Assembly (NCBI GenBank): GCA_026770705.1
Contig: JANJGN010000021.1
Location: 79,608,001-79,672,000 of the forward strand
DNA from: Isurus oxyrinchus
Taxonomy: Eukaryota
Length of the DNA: 64,000 bases
Direction of reading: 5' to 3'
The notes below the pieces were generated by a model, which worked only from the letters and a program-made list of their open reading frames with translations, made no database searches and was not told the DNA's origin. Position numbers and translations under genes: made by a program. Shown piece by piece: positions 13,910 through 26,900 of the stretch (within the stretch, counting starts at the first letter, position 1; every line of letters starts with the position of its first letter).

Positions 13910-15435
13910 CAGTGAGATAGTTGTGTTGGCTATAATTTTCCAAAATTCTCTAGATTTGGAGAGAGTTCCATTAGATTGGAAAACAGTGAATGCAACTCCT
14001 TTATTCAAAAAGTGAGGGAGACAGAATTCAGGAAACTACAGGCCATCTGTCATAGGGAAAATGCTAGAAGCTATTAGTAAAGATGTGATGGCAGTGCACT
14101 TGGAAAGTTTCAGGGTAATCAGGCAGAGTCAACATGGTTTAGTAAAAGGGAAATCATGTTTAACAAATTTATTTTATTCTTTGAAGGAGTCATGTGCTGT
14201 GGATAAAGGGCAACCAGTTGATGTACTGTACTTAGATTTCCAGAAGGCATTTGATAAAGTGCCACATCAAAGGTTATTGCAAATAATAAAAGTTCATCAT
14301 GTAGGGGGTAACATATTGGCATGGATAGAAGATTGGCTAGCTACAGGAACCAGAGGGTAGGCATAAATGGGTCATTTTCAGGTTGGCAAGATGTAACGAG
14401 TGGTGTACCACAGGGATCAGTTCTGGATCCTCAACTTTTTGCACTTTATATAAATGGCTTGGATGAAAGGATCAAAGGTATGGTTGCTAAATTTGCTGAT
14501 GGCACAAAGATAGGTAGGATAGTAAGATGTGAAGAGGGCACAAGGAAGTTACAAAAGGATATAGATAAGTTAAGTGAGTAGGCAAAGACCTGGCAAATGG
14601 AGCATAATGTAGGAAAATATGGAATTGTCCATTTTGGCAGGAAAAGTAAAAAAAAACATAAAAAGCATATTATCTAAATGGTGAAAAATTGCAGAGCGCT
14701 GAGGTGCAGAGGGATGTGGGTGTCCTAGTGCATGAATTGCATAAGGCTGATATGCAGGTACAGCAAGTAATTAGGAAAGCTAATAGAATATCATTTATTG
14801 AGAGGGGAATTGAATACAAAAGTAGGGAGCTTGTGCTTCAGTTATACAGGGCATTGGTGAGTTGACATCCAGAGTGCTATGCACAGTATTGGTCTCTTTA
14901 TTTAAAGAAGGATGCAAGTGCATTGGAGGCAATTCAGAGAAGGTTTACTGGACTAATACCTGGAATGGGCGGGTTGTTTTATGAGGCAAGATTGGACAGG
15001 CTAGGCTTGTATCCGCTGGAGTTTAGAAGAGTAAGAGATGACTTGATTGAGAAATATAATGTCCTGAGGGGTCTTGACAGGGTGGAAGTAGAGAGAATGT
15101 TTCCTCTTGTGGGAGAACCTAGTATTAGGGGTCACTGTTTAAAAACAAGGTGTCGCCCATTTAAGACAGAGATGAGAATTTTTTTCTCTCAGAGGGTTGT
15201 GAGTCTTTGCAACTCTCTTCCTCAGAAGGCAGTGGAAGCAGAGTCTTTGAATATTTTTAAGGCAAAGCAAGACAAATTCTTCATAAGCAAGGGGTGAAAT
15301 GTTATTGGAGATAGGTGGGAATGTGAAGTTGCGGTTATAGTCAGATCAGCCATGATCTTAGCGAATGGCAGAGCAGGCTCAAGGAGCTGGGTTGTCTACG
15401 CCTGCTCTTAATTCATATGCTTATATATATGTTCT
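13910..15435 (+). mobile_element. CR1-type LINE, truncated
   Basis: YLDFQKAFDKVPH, GVPQGSVL and KFADGTK motifs plus 3' tail. Confidence 0.9.
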
Positions 15436-15866
15436 TACAGGGTCTGATCACATTCACTGGGTAGTGCAGTATAGACTGACCTTTACATACTGGGGTCTGA
15501 TCACATTCACTGGATCAGATCCTATTTTCTGTATTAACTACCTTTTCTTTCTTTGCTGAAACCAGAGTGGATGCAGAAGGCTGAAGATTTCCCTCAGATT
15601 ACTACACAGCAGGAAGATAAGCACTCAAAATGATGCAAAACCTGTCTCCATTTCCACCTTGGAAGGTATTGTCTCGTGTGCAGTCTGTTTCCCCTTGTGA
15701 AGAGGTTCTGGGTATTGACCTGTGATGGGACAATCTGTATCTGTGGTTATTGTCCTGTTAAATGTGTGGGAGATCTGTTCTACTAAAGTGTTTCAGCACA
15801 GCTAAGCTCAGGGAACTGGATTGCCAACTCACCCCGGAGAACAAAGTGATGGAGTTTTTTCTCGGA

Positions 15867-18101
15867 TAAAAACAAAAAAACTGCAGATGCTGGAAATCCA
15901 AAACAAAAACAGAATTACCTGGAAAAACTCAGCAGGTCTAGCAGCATCGGCGGAGAAGAAAAGAGTTGACGTTTCGAGTCCTCATGACCCTTCAACAGAA
16001 CTGAGTGACTCCAAGGAAGGGGTGAAATATAAGCTGGTTTAAGGTGTGTTGGGGGGGTTTGGGTGGGGGGAGAGAAGTGGAGGGGGGGTGTGGTTGTAGG
16101 GACAAACAAGCAGTGATAGAAGCAGATCATCAAAAGATGTCACAGACAACAGAACAAAAGAACACATAGGTGTTAAAGTTGGTGATATTATCTAAACGAA
16201 TGTGCTAATTAAGAATGGATGGTAGGGCACTCAAGGTATAGCTCTAGTGGGGGTGGGGGGCATAAAAGATTTAAAAATAATGGAAATAGGTGGGAAAAGA
16301 AAAATCTATATAAATTATTGGAAAAAAACAAAAGGAAGGGGGAAGAAACAGAAAGGGGGTGGGGATGGAGGAGAGAGCTCAAGACCTAAAGTTGTTGAAC
16401 CCAATATTCAGTCCGGAAGGCTGTAAAGTGCCTAGTCGGAAGATGAGGTGTTGTTCCTCCAGTTTGCGTTGGGCTTCACTGGAACAATGCAGCAAGCCAA
16501 GGACAGACATGTGGGCAAGAGAACAGGGTGGAGTGTTAAAATGGCAAGTGACAGGGAAGTTTGGGGTCATTCTTGCAGACAGACCGCAGGTGTTCTGCAA
16601 AGCGGTCGCCCAGTTTACGTTTGGTCTCTCCAATGTAGAGGAGACCACATTGGGAGCAACGAATGCAGTAGACTAAGTTGGGGGAAATGCAAGTGAAATG
16701 CTGCTTCACTTGAAAGGAATATTTGGGCCCTTGGATGGTGAGGAGAGAGGAAGTGAAGGGGCAGGTGTTACATCTTTTGCGTGGGCATGGGGTGGTGCCA
16801 TAGGAGGGGGTTGAGGAGTAGCGAGTGATGGAGGAGTGGACCAGGGTGTCCCGGAGGGAGCGATCCCTACGGAATGCCGATAGGGGGGTGAAGGGAAGAT
16901 GTGTTTGGTGGTGGCATCATGCTGGAGTTGGCGGAAATGGCGGAGGATGATCCTTTGAATGCGGAGGCTGATGGGGTGATAAGTGAGGACAAGGGGGACC
17001 CTATCATGTTTCTGGGAGGGAGGAGAAGGCATGAGGGCGGATGCGCAGGAGATGGGCCGGACACGGTTGAGGGCCCTGTCAACGACCGTGGGTGGAAAAC
17101 CTCGGTTAAGGAAGAAGGAGGACATGTCAGAGGAACTGTTTTTGAAGGTAGCATCATCGGAACAGATGTGACGGAGGCGAAGGAACTGAGAGAATGGGAT
17201 GGAGTCCTTACAGGAAGCGGCGTGTGAGGAGCTGTAGTCGAGATAGCTGTGGGAGTCGGTGGGTTTGTAATGGATATTGGTGGACAGTCTATCACCAGAG
17301 ATTGAGACAGAGAGGTCAAGGAAGGGAAGGGAAGTGTCAGAGATGGACCACGTGAAAATGATGGAGGGGTGGAGATTGGAAGCAAAATTAATAAATTTTT
17401 CCAAGTCCCGATGAGAGCATGAAGCAGCACCGAAGTAATCATCGATGTACCGGAGAAAGAGTTGTGGAAGGGGGCCGGAGTAGGACTGCAACAAGGAATG
17501 TTCCACATGCCCCATAAAGAGACAGACATAGCTGGGGCCCATGCGGGTACCCATAGCCACACCTTTTATTTGGAGGAAGTGAGAGGAGTTGAAGGAGAAA
17601 TTGTTCAGTGTGAGAACAAGTTCAGCCAGATGGAGGAGAGTAGTGGTGGATGGGGATTGTTCGGGCCTCTGTTCGAGGAAGAAGCTAAGGGCCCTCAGAC
17701 CATCCTGGTGGGGGATGGAGGTGTAGAGGGATTGGATGTCCATGGTGAAGAGGAAGCGGTTGGGGCCGGGGAACTGGAAATTGTTGATGTGACGTAAGGT
17801 GTCAGAGGAATCACGGATGTAGGTGGGAAGGGACTGGACAAGGGGAGAGAGAAGGGAGTCAAGATAACGAGAAATGAGTTCTGTGGGGCAGGAGCAAGCT
17901 GAGACGATCGGTCTACCGGGACAGTTCTGTTTGTGGATTTTGGGTAGGAGGTGGAAGCGGGCCGTCCGAGGTTGGGCGACTATCAGGTTGGAAGCTGTGG
18001 GAGGAAGATCCCCAGAGGAGATGAGGTCAGTGACAGTCCTGGAAACAATGGCTTGATGTTCAGTGGTGGGGTCATGGTCCAGGGAGAGGTAGGAGGAAGT
18101 G
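15867..18101 (-). mobile_element. Penelope-like element (RT + GIY-YIG endonuclease), 5'-truncated and frameshifted
   Basis: RT motifs MDIQSLYTSIP, GVAMGTRMGP and RYIDD. The Cys-linker and GIY-YIG region is nearly identical to the copy at 22922. Confidence 0.93.
15964..16002 (-). ncRNA. Minimal type-I hammerhead ribozyme motif in the Penelope 3' region
   Basis: AGTT-CTGTTGA-A-GGGTC-ATGAG-GACTC-GAAAC-GTC-AACT: stem I, core, stem II, GAAA and a GUC cleavage triplet. Confidence 0.7.
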
Positions 18102-21100
18102 TCAACTCGCAGACAAAGTTTTGCTGTGAATATTGTGATTCAATTTTTGACTATTCTGATCCTTCTCTACCTTCCCCTCTAAGATTGGAAACACCAAACT
18201 TAGCCTTGTAACAAGGCAGCATTTCATCAACAGTTTAGACAGTGCAGTACCTGTAGTTGTGTGAGGCGTCATTCGGTAATTGAGAAAAAAACAGGAAAGT
18301 TGAATTTCAATGGTACCTTCTGATAATCTCTTCATTCAAGATTTGAACGTTTGGGCAGCTCTCTCTGCTAAAACATTTGGTGAGGGATGAAATGGTGCTG
18401 CTCTGATATGTTTGATTTCATTCTGACACATGAAATTTTGAAAATCTGCACCAGTGAAAACAGTATTGTTATCTGAAACGATGACTTCTGGTAAGCCAAA
18501 AGTGCTAAAACAATGACAAAGATTTTCAATAGTAGCTTCATACACGTCCATCCATTTAGAATGTGTGTCAGTAATCAACAGAAACATTGTACTTAAGAAT
18601 GATCCTACATTGTCAACGTGCAGTCTTACCCAGGGTTGGCCAGGCTACATCCATGAATGTAGGGGAACTGCTGTTGCTGGCACTGTAGGCAGCATTTTAC
18701 CATACTCTCAATATCACCATTGACTCCTGGCCACCAGACGTAACTCCTAGCCAGCATCTTCATTTTCGAAATACCAGGATGCACATTACGAAGCTCTACT
18801 AACAGCAGTTCTCTTCCTCAGGAATCACAGAATCACAGAGAATCACAGAATTGTTACAGTGTAAAAGGAGGCCATTTGGCCCATCGTGTCTGCACTGGCT
18901 TTTTGAGCTTCATGCCAATCTCCTGCCTTTTCCCGTAACCCTGCACATTTAAATGTTTAAATAATCATCCAATGCCCTCTTGAATGCCTCAATGCATCCT
19001 ACCTCCATCACATTCCGCAGTGCATTCCAAACCTTAACTACTCACTGTGTGAAAAAGGTTTTTTCTCACTTTGCATTTGCTTCTTTTGCAAAACACTTTA
19101 AAACTGTGCCCTCTGGTTCTTGATCCATTGAGCGGGAAATATTTCTCCCTATCTACTCTGCCCAGACCTTTCATGATTTTGAAAACTTCGATCAAGTCTC
19201 CTCTCAGCCTTCTCCTCTCCAAGGAAAACAGTCCCAACTTCTCCTATCTTTCCTCATAACTGAAATGTCTCATCCCTGGAACCATTCTCGTAAACCTCTT
19301 CTGCATTCTCTCCAGTGCTTCACATCCTTCCTTTAGTGTGGTGCCCAGAACTGTACACAATACTCCAGCTGAGGTCTAACCAGTGTCTTATATAAGTTCA
19401 TCATAACCTCCATGCTCTCGTACCCTATGTCCCTATTAATGAAGCCTAGAATATTGTATGCTTTTGAAACAGCTCTCTTTACAATTGATCCCCATAATAA
19501 GATTCCATCTTGAATACTCAACTCTGTTTTTTGAACATGGAATGGTCTCATCTCCTCGGACATTGGTGACCCTGACCACCCTTGCAATACTAAGTCTCGC
19601 AATCTTGACACTCTTTGTTTTTCCAATTCTTCACCTGTTTTGTGCATAGTGGCGAAGAATCCAAGAAATTTAATACCAATACAGCTTCTTGTGGTACAGG
19701 AGCACGTCCAATGCTATTTACTTTAGCTGTTTCAGCTTCCATGTCGGATTAACCTTTTCTGTTCTGGTTTCCGTCTTTTCCTTTCCTGTTTGCCACTGAG
19801 TTTTGCCTTGTCTGCCATTTTGGTTTCATAGACGTCCAAGTCTCTTTCTGGTGAAATCTTGATTTGTTTCGGTTTGGTGGTTGAGCTACTCATGGCTTCA
19901 TTTTCCACTCGCATCTTGGGAAGTTCTACAACTCTTCCTTTCAATATCTTTTTTGATTCCTGCAGCTGATTCCTCAGCCATTTGGATTCCCACTTGTATC
20001 TCTTGGCTTCCTCCTGGAATATAGAACATTGTTGAGTCTTCATTGCCAATTGTTTCTTCAGTTTGTTCAGAGTGGCACTAAGTTCATCCTGTTTCTTTTC
20101 ATGATTTTCCAGAGGAACTAGTTTTGATCTGAGGGACCCTTAGGTTTCTCTAACTCATTCCAAAATACACTATCACATTCCCTTATCAACTCAGGATCTC
20201 TTCCTGTTCTAACTTGAAAAAATTCTGACCATTTGAGCTTAATCTTTTGCAACCAATCCTGGCCTAAGAGACTAGGTCCTTCACCTGTTACAATTATCAA
20301 TGTGAGTTGCCTATAGTGCACAGCTACAGTGGCAATGCCTTTTACCTGTATTGCCTCTCCATTGTACGTCTTCAGCTGAGCTGTGGTCGGGTCCAGATTC
20401 AGTGGCTGGGTACCTTCACTTAGGTATTTAAATGTATGTTCTCCCACCACTGTGGTTGAGGCTCCTGTGTCTCCCTCCATGACTAGAGGTTTCCCATTCA
20501 CTTGAAGGGTGACGGTGATTGGTTCAGTTTTTACTGCTTTGCCATTCTATAGGGAATATGTATCAGTATCAGCAGCTTCTGGTTCTGTTATATTGTGCAC
20601 TTCAATCATCTTGGTCTGCTGGTTGATGGACTGCCTCGATTTCACCCTGCATTGCTTTATAACATGCCCTTTTTTGTGACAGTAGTGTCATTCTACCTCT
20701 TTGAACCTGCAAAGTTCGGGTAAATGGTTAGCCCCAATTTAATTTCTGAATTGCTGATGAGATGCTTCCAGTATGCTTTTTCGTTTTTTGAGCAGCAGAG
20801 ACTGTCCTCTGCTTCGCGGCTGTCTCTCTGGTTTTTGCGTCACACCCGGTGGTAGGTTCCTGCCCCAACTGAAGAACGGTGCCATGTTGCACACTCTGTA
20901 AAGCCTGCGAGTCCCTCTCAGCACTCTCCATTGCTAGCACTATTTCCATGGCGTACTTCAAATCAATGTTAACTTCTGCAAATAAACGGTGCTGAATGAC
21001 ATCTTCATGTACGCCACAAACCAAATGATCTCTCAACGTCATAAGTGTATCTCCGAAGTCGCCGTGCTCAGTTAACTGTTTCAACTTCGCGATATAATTT

Positions 21101-21710
21101 GCGATTGATTCACCCGAGGCCCATACTCTAGAGTTGAACTTGAATCTTTGCATAATCACTGATGGCTTCGGCTGAAAATTTACCATCAGGAGGTCTACCA
21201 GCTTGTTAAAAGATCTGGAATTTAGCGCATTCAGGGCTGTCAGATTACAGGTGAGGTTACATGTTTTGCTCCCACAGACACTGAGAAGAATTGCCTTCTA
21301 CTTCTCCTCCGCTGTTATTGCATTCAACACAAAATAAAAACCCCCTTGGCACTCTATGTAATGACTCCAGTCTTCCATGGATGAGTCATAAAGGTTGATT
21401 CCGCTGAAGAGTGGCCTGACTGATGAGTACACCTTTCTTTCCTCCCCTAAGAACTGATGTACCCACATTCACAGGGTGAGGTGCAGCATCGGAGCTATTT
21501 ATCCTCATTGCCAATAGTAATAACTTTGTGATACGAACAGGTTTCTTACTTGAAACAGATAACTTTATTTACAGAGTGTTAGAAGAAGCTACATGCTTGA
21601 AACAAGTCCACAACTAGAAAAAATTTCCCCCTAAGATTACTTATGCAGTGCTGATTCATCAATCCGATCACATAAGCCTTCAAACAGCAGGAATGGTTTT
21701 AACCACAATC
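18102..21710 (-). mobile_element. Ty3/Gypsy LTR retrotransposon remnant (LTR, PBS, gag, protease, integrase; RT/RNaseH not seen)
   Basis: gag QRFKFNSR..GESIANYIAKL..LRDHLVCG; CHYCHKKGHVIKQC knuckle near 20650-20695; protease DTGAS; integrase FGLPEVIVSDN..APFHP..N.LAER; PBS-like TGGCAATGAGGA at 21513-21502. Confidence 0.88.
18820..19470 (-). mobile_element. CR1-type LINE 3' fragment nested in the Gypsy integrase region
   Basis: LYKTLVRPQLEYCVQFWAP and LFSLERRRLRGDLIEVFK; (TTCTGTGA)n-type tail. Confidence 0.85.
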
Positions 21711-21714
21711 AGTA

Positions 21715-22797
21715 CACAAGTCTTCAGCCAATTCGATTCACTATGTGTGATATCAAGAAATAGCTGAAGACCCTGGTTACTGCAAAGGCTTTGGGTCCTG
21801 ACAATATTCCAGCAATTGTACTGAAGACTTGTGCTCCAGAACTTGCTGCGTCCCTAGCCAAGCTGTTCCAGTACAGCTACAATGCTGGCATCTACCCAGC
21901 AATTTGGAAAATTGCCCAGGTATGTCCTGTACACAAAAAGCAGGACAAATCCAACCCGGCCAATTACCGCCCCATTAGCCACTCTCCATCATCAATAAAG
22001 TGATGGAAAAGGTCATCAGCAGTGCTATCAAACAGTACTTGCTTAGCAATAACCTGCTCACTGATGCTCAGTTTGGGTTCTGCCAGGGCCACTCAGCTCC
22101 TCACCTCATTACAGCCTCGGTTCAAACATTGACAAAAAAGCTGAACTCTCGAGGTCAGGTGGGAGTGACTGCCCTTGACATCAAGGCCACATTTGACCGA
22201 GTGTAGCATCAGAGAGCCCTAGCAAAACTGGAGTCAATGGGAATTAGGGGAAAGCTCTCTACTGGTTGGAGTCATACCTAGCCCAAAGGAAGATGATTAT
22301 GGTTGTTCGAGGTCAGTCATCTCAGCTCCAGGACAACACTGCAGGAGGACCTCAGGGTAGTGTCCTAGGCCCAATCATCTTCAACTGCTTCATCAATGAC
22401 CTTCCTTCCATCATTAGGTCAGAAGCAAGGATGTTTTCTGATGGTTGCACAATGTTCAGCACCATTGGCGACTTCTCAGTTAATGAAGCAGTCCATGTCC
22501 AAATGCAGTAAGACCTGGACAATATCCAGGCTTGGCCTAATAAGTGGCAAATAACATTCGCGCCACACAAATGTCAGGCAATGACCATCTCCAAGAACAG
22601 ATTATCTAACCATCACCCCTTGACATTCAATGGCATTACCATCACTGAATCCCCCACTATCAACATCCTTGGGGGTTACTATTGACCGGAAACTGAACTG
22701 GACTAGCCATATAAGTACTGTGGCTGCAAGAGCAGGTCAGAGGCTAGGAATTCTGCGGCAAGTAACTCATCTCCTGACACCCCAAAGCCTGTCCACA
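21715..22797 (+). mobile_element. LINE RT fragment (second family)
   Basis: GPDNIP, NYRPIS, ALDIKATFDRV and PQGSVLGP motifs. Confidence 0.88.
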
Positions 22798-22921
22798 ATT
22801 GGGGAAGATTTCAAAATCAATAATCTGGGACAATATAAACAGCCTATAATGGACAGTTGCTACAGACCATGAGGTGATAAGGAAATTCTCTTGTATCCAA
22901 ATAAACCTCCAAAATCACATT

Positions 22922-24284
22922 ACAAACCCACCGACTCCCACAGCTATCTCGACTACAGCTCCTCACACCCCGCTTCCTGTAAGGACTCCATCCCATTCTC
23001 TCAGTTCCTTCGCCTCCATCGCATCTGTTCCGATGATGCTACCTTCAAAAACAGTTCCTCTGACATGTCCTCCTTCTTCCTTAACCGAGGTTTTCCACCC
23101 ACGGTCGTTGACAGGGCCCTCAACCGTGTCCGGCCCATCTTCCGCGCATCCGCCCTCACGCCTTCTCCTCCCTCCCAGAAACATGATAGGGTCCCCCTTG
23201 TCCTCATTTATCACTCCACCAGCCTCCGCATTCAAAGGATCATCCTCCGCCATTTCTGCCAACTCCAGCATGATGCCACCACCAAACACATCTTCCCTTC
23301 ACCCCCCTTATCGGCATTCCGTAGGGTTCACTCCCTCCGGGACACCCTGGTCCACTCCTCCATCACCTCCTACTCCTCAATCCCCTCCTATGGCACCACC
23401 CCATGCCCACGCAAAAGATGTAACACCTGCCCCTTCACTTCCTCTCTCCTCCCCATCCAAGGGCCCAAACACTCCTTTCAAGTGAAGCAGCATTTCACTT
23501 GCATTTCCCCCAACTTAGTCTACTGCATTCGTTGCTCCCAATGTGGTCTCCTCTACATTGGAGAGACCAAACGTAAACTGGGCGACCGCTTTGCAGAACA
23601 CCTGCGGTCTGTCCGCAACAATGACCCAAACCTCCCTGTCGCTTGCCATTTTAACACTCCACCCTGCTCTCTTGCCCACATGTCTGTCCTTGGCTTGCTG
23701 CATTGTTCCAGTGAAGCCCAACGCAAACTGGAGGAACAACACTTCATCTTCCGACTAGGCACTTTACAGCCTTCCGGACTGAATATTGAATTCAACAACT
23801 TTAGGTCGTGAGCTCCCTCCCCCATCCCCACCCCCTTTCTGTTTCCCCCTTTCTTTTTTTTCTTTCCAATAAATTATAAAGATTTTCCTTCTCCCACCTA
23901 TTTCCATTATATAAAAAAAAACACCCCCACTAGAGCTGTACCTTGAGTGCCCTACCATCCATTCTTAATTAGCACATTCATTTAGATAATATCATCAACT
24001 TTAACTTTAACACCTATGTGTTCTATTGTACCATTGTCTTGACATCTTTTGATGATCTGCTTCTATCACTGCTTGTTTGTCCCTACAACCACACCCCCCC
24101 CCACTTCTCTCTCTCTCTCTCTCTCCGCCCCCCACACACACCTTAAACCAGCTTATATTTCAACTCTTTCTTGGACTCGAACTCAAGTTCTGTCGAAGAG
24201 TCATGAGGACTCGAAATGTCAACTCTTTTCTTCTCCGCCGATGTTGCCAGACCTGCTGAGTTTTTCCAGGTAATTCTGTTTTTG
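22922..24284 (+). mobile_element. Penelope-like element, 5'-truncated (RT thumb, Cys linker, intact GIY-YIG frame)
   Basis: PCPRKRCNTC...NLVYCIRCSQCGLLYIGETKRKLGDRFAEH...GLN; 15-bp TSD CTCCAAAATCACATT (22907-21, 24285-99). Confidence 0.95.
24186..24224 (+). ncRNA. Minimal hammerhead ribozyme motif (Penelope)
   Basis: AGTT-CTGTCGA-A-GAGTC-ATGAG-GACTC-GAAAT-GTC-AACT. Confidence 0.65.
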
Positions 24285-24302
24285 CTCCAAAATCACATTC
24301 TG

Positions 24303-24344
24303 CCTAGCAACTGGTGACATATTGCAGTTGTGTAATTTCATTGG
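24303..24344 (+). promoter_or_regulatory. Orphan X1-X2-Y module (candidate distal enhancer), with its S box displaced by a Penelope insertion
   Basis: CCTAGCAACTGGTG(ACAT)-20nt-TTCATTGG. S-like AAACCTC lies at 22903-22909 on the far side of the insertion. Confidence 0.7.
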
Positions 24345-24544
24345 CTGGAGCATGTTTGTCTTTATCGCATATGAATTACAGTTGGCAGATTAAGGCATTG
24401 CAGTAAATCTGTTTATTTGCTGTTTGTAGTCGGGGATTTTCCACTCAAGCCCTTCCCCCACACTGCAATCTGGAGTGAAAGTGGAGCTGTCTTTCTTTGC
24501 AAGCCCTATGTTTCTCAATCTAGTATAAACATACCATATCTTCA

Positions 24545-25270
24545 TAAAGGTCCCATCCACCCTCCTGCACCTAGCTGAACTTGTTCTCACTCTGAACAAT
24601 TTCCTCTTGAACTCAACTTATTTCCCCCAAATGAAAGCTGTTGCAATGGATACCTGCACGGTTCTTAGCAATGCCTGCCCTTTTGTGGGATATGTGGAAC
24701 ATTCCTTATTTCAGTCCTACTCAGGCCCCATTTTCATCTATTTTTCCAGTACATTGATGTCTATATTGCTGCTGCTTCCTGTTCATGCCATGATAAGGAA
24801 AATTTAGTTGATTTTTTTCCAACTTCCACAGTTTCTCACCGTTAGCGGGTCCATTTCTGACCTTTCCCTTCCTTAACTACTCTGTCTCTGTTTTTGGCAT
24901 ATGCAATTAATGAATATTATCTATAAGCCCACTGACTCCCACAGCTACCTTGATTATGCCTCCTCACTGTTGTAATATTCCTTTAAGGGATAGCAGCATG
25001 ACATCACTAGAATGAAGTGTGTCATGTGTCATGTTTTTGCTTCTGAGCAGAGCACACACAGCTTTGCTGCTGATGTCTTCAAGTTTACTATTCATGTATA
25101 TGCGTTCTCACATGCCTATCTTAATAAATAAACCCACAACATGTTTACCCAATCCTTTATGAGTAACGGTGCCTTTATATTATTATAACAACACAATACT
25201 CACATCCCACTTTCTGTCTGGTCTGTATTCTATTTTCCTAGTTTCTGTGTCACATCTGCTCTGACAATTT
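24545..25270 (+). mobile_element. Older Penelope-like RT remnant
   Basis: LLHLAELVLTLNNF, AVAMDT and YKPTDSHSYLDY, homologous to the RT at 16706-17743. Confidence 0.8.
24968..25198 (+). mobile_element. Short solo LTR nested in the Penelope remnant
   Basis: TGTTGT...ACAATA termini, 5-bp TSD CTCAC, internal AATAAA. Confidence 0.65.
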
Positions 25271-26900
25271 TTAAAATTCATTCAAGGGATGTGGGCTTTG
25301 CTGGTTAGGCCAGTGTTTATTGCCCAAGCCTAATTGCCCTTGAGATGGTGGTGATGAGCTGCCTTCTTAAACCACTGCAGGTCATGCAGTGTAGATACAC
25401 ACACAGTGCTGTTAGGGAAGGAGTTGCAGGATTTTGGTCCAGCGACGGTGAAAGAACGATGATATATTTCCAAGTTAGGATGGTGAGTGGCTTGGAGAGG
25501 AACTTCCAGGTGGTGGTGTTCCCATGTGTCTGCTGCCCTTATCTTTCTAGATGGTAGCGGTTGTGGGTTTGGAAGGTGCTGTTGAAGGAGCCTTGGTGAA
25601 TTCCTGCAGTGTATCTTGTAGATGGTGCACACTGCTTCCACTGTGTGTTGGTGTTGGAGGGAGTGAATGTTTGTGGAAGGGGTGCCAATCAAGTGGGCTG
25701 CTTTGTCCAGGATGGTGTCAAGCTTCTTGAGTATTGTTGGAGCTGCACTCATCCAGGCAAGTGGGGAATGTTCCATCACACTCCTGACTTGCGTCCTTTA
25801 AATTGTGGACAGGCTTTGGGGAGACAGGAGGTGAGATACTTGCTGCAGTATTCCTAGCCCCTGACCTGTTCTTGTAGCCACAGTATTTATATGGCTAGTC
25901 CAGTTCAGTTTCTGGTCAATGGTAACCCCCAGGATGTTTTAAGTGGGGGATTCAGTGATGGTAATGCCATTGAATGCCGAGGGGCGATGGTCAGATTCTC
26001 TCTTGTTGGAGATGGTCATTGCCTGGCACTTGTGTGCTTTGAGTTACTTGCCATTTGTCAGCCCAAGCCTGGATATTGTCCAGGTCTTGCTGCATTTGGA
26101 CATGGACTGCTTCAGTATCTGAGGAGTCACCAATGGTGCTGAAAATTGTGCAATCATCAGCAAATATCCCTTCTTCTGATCTTATGATGGAAGGAAGGTC
26201 ACTGATGAAGCAGCTAAAGATGGTTGGGCTTAGGACACTAGCCTGAGGAACTCCTTCAATGATGTCCAGGAGCTGAGATGGCTGATCTCCAACAAACACA
26301 ATCATCTTCGTTTGAGCTAGGTATGATTCCAACCAGTGCAGAGTTTTCCCCCGATTCCCATTGACTCCAGTTTTGCTAGGGCTCTCTGATGCCACACTCA
26401 GTCAAATGCTACCTTGGTGTCAAGGGCAGTCACTCTCAACTCCCCTCGGGAGTTCAGCTTTTTTGTCAATGTTTGAACCAAGGCTGTAATGAGGTGAGGA
26501 GCTGAGTGGCCCTGACAGAACCCAAACTGAGCATCAGTGAGCAGGTTATTGCTAAGCAAGTGCTGTTTGATAGCACTGCTGATGACCTTTTCCATCCCTT
26601 TACTGATGATGGAGAGTGGCTAATGGGGCGGTAATTGGCCGGGTTGGATTTGTCCTGCTTTTTGTGTACAGGACATACCTGGGCAATTTTCCACATAGCC
26701 GGGTCGATGACAGTGTTGTAGCTGTACTGGAATAGTTTGGCTAGGGGTGCGGCAAGTTCTGGAGCACAAGTCTTTAGTACTCTTGGGGGAATATTTGTCA
26801 GGGCCCATAGCCTTTGCAGTATCCAGTGCCTTCAGTCATTTCTTGATATCACGTGGAGTGAATTGAATTGGCTGAACACTGGCATCTGTAATGCTGGGGG
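25268..26900 (-). mobile_element. LINE (second family), truncated
   Basis: RT motifs FADD and GVPQASVLSP plus the family 3' tail. Confidence 0.88.

Noticed and set aside
15590-15655. Possible class II alpha leader exon on the minus strand (METGFASF*VLIFLLC)
   Set aside because: In-frame stop, no clear donor, and no alpha1/alpha2 exons found in the window.
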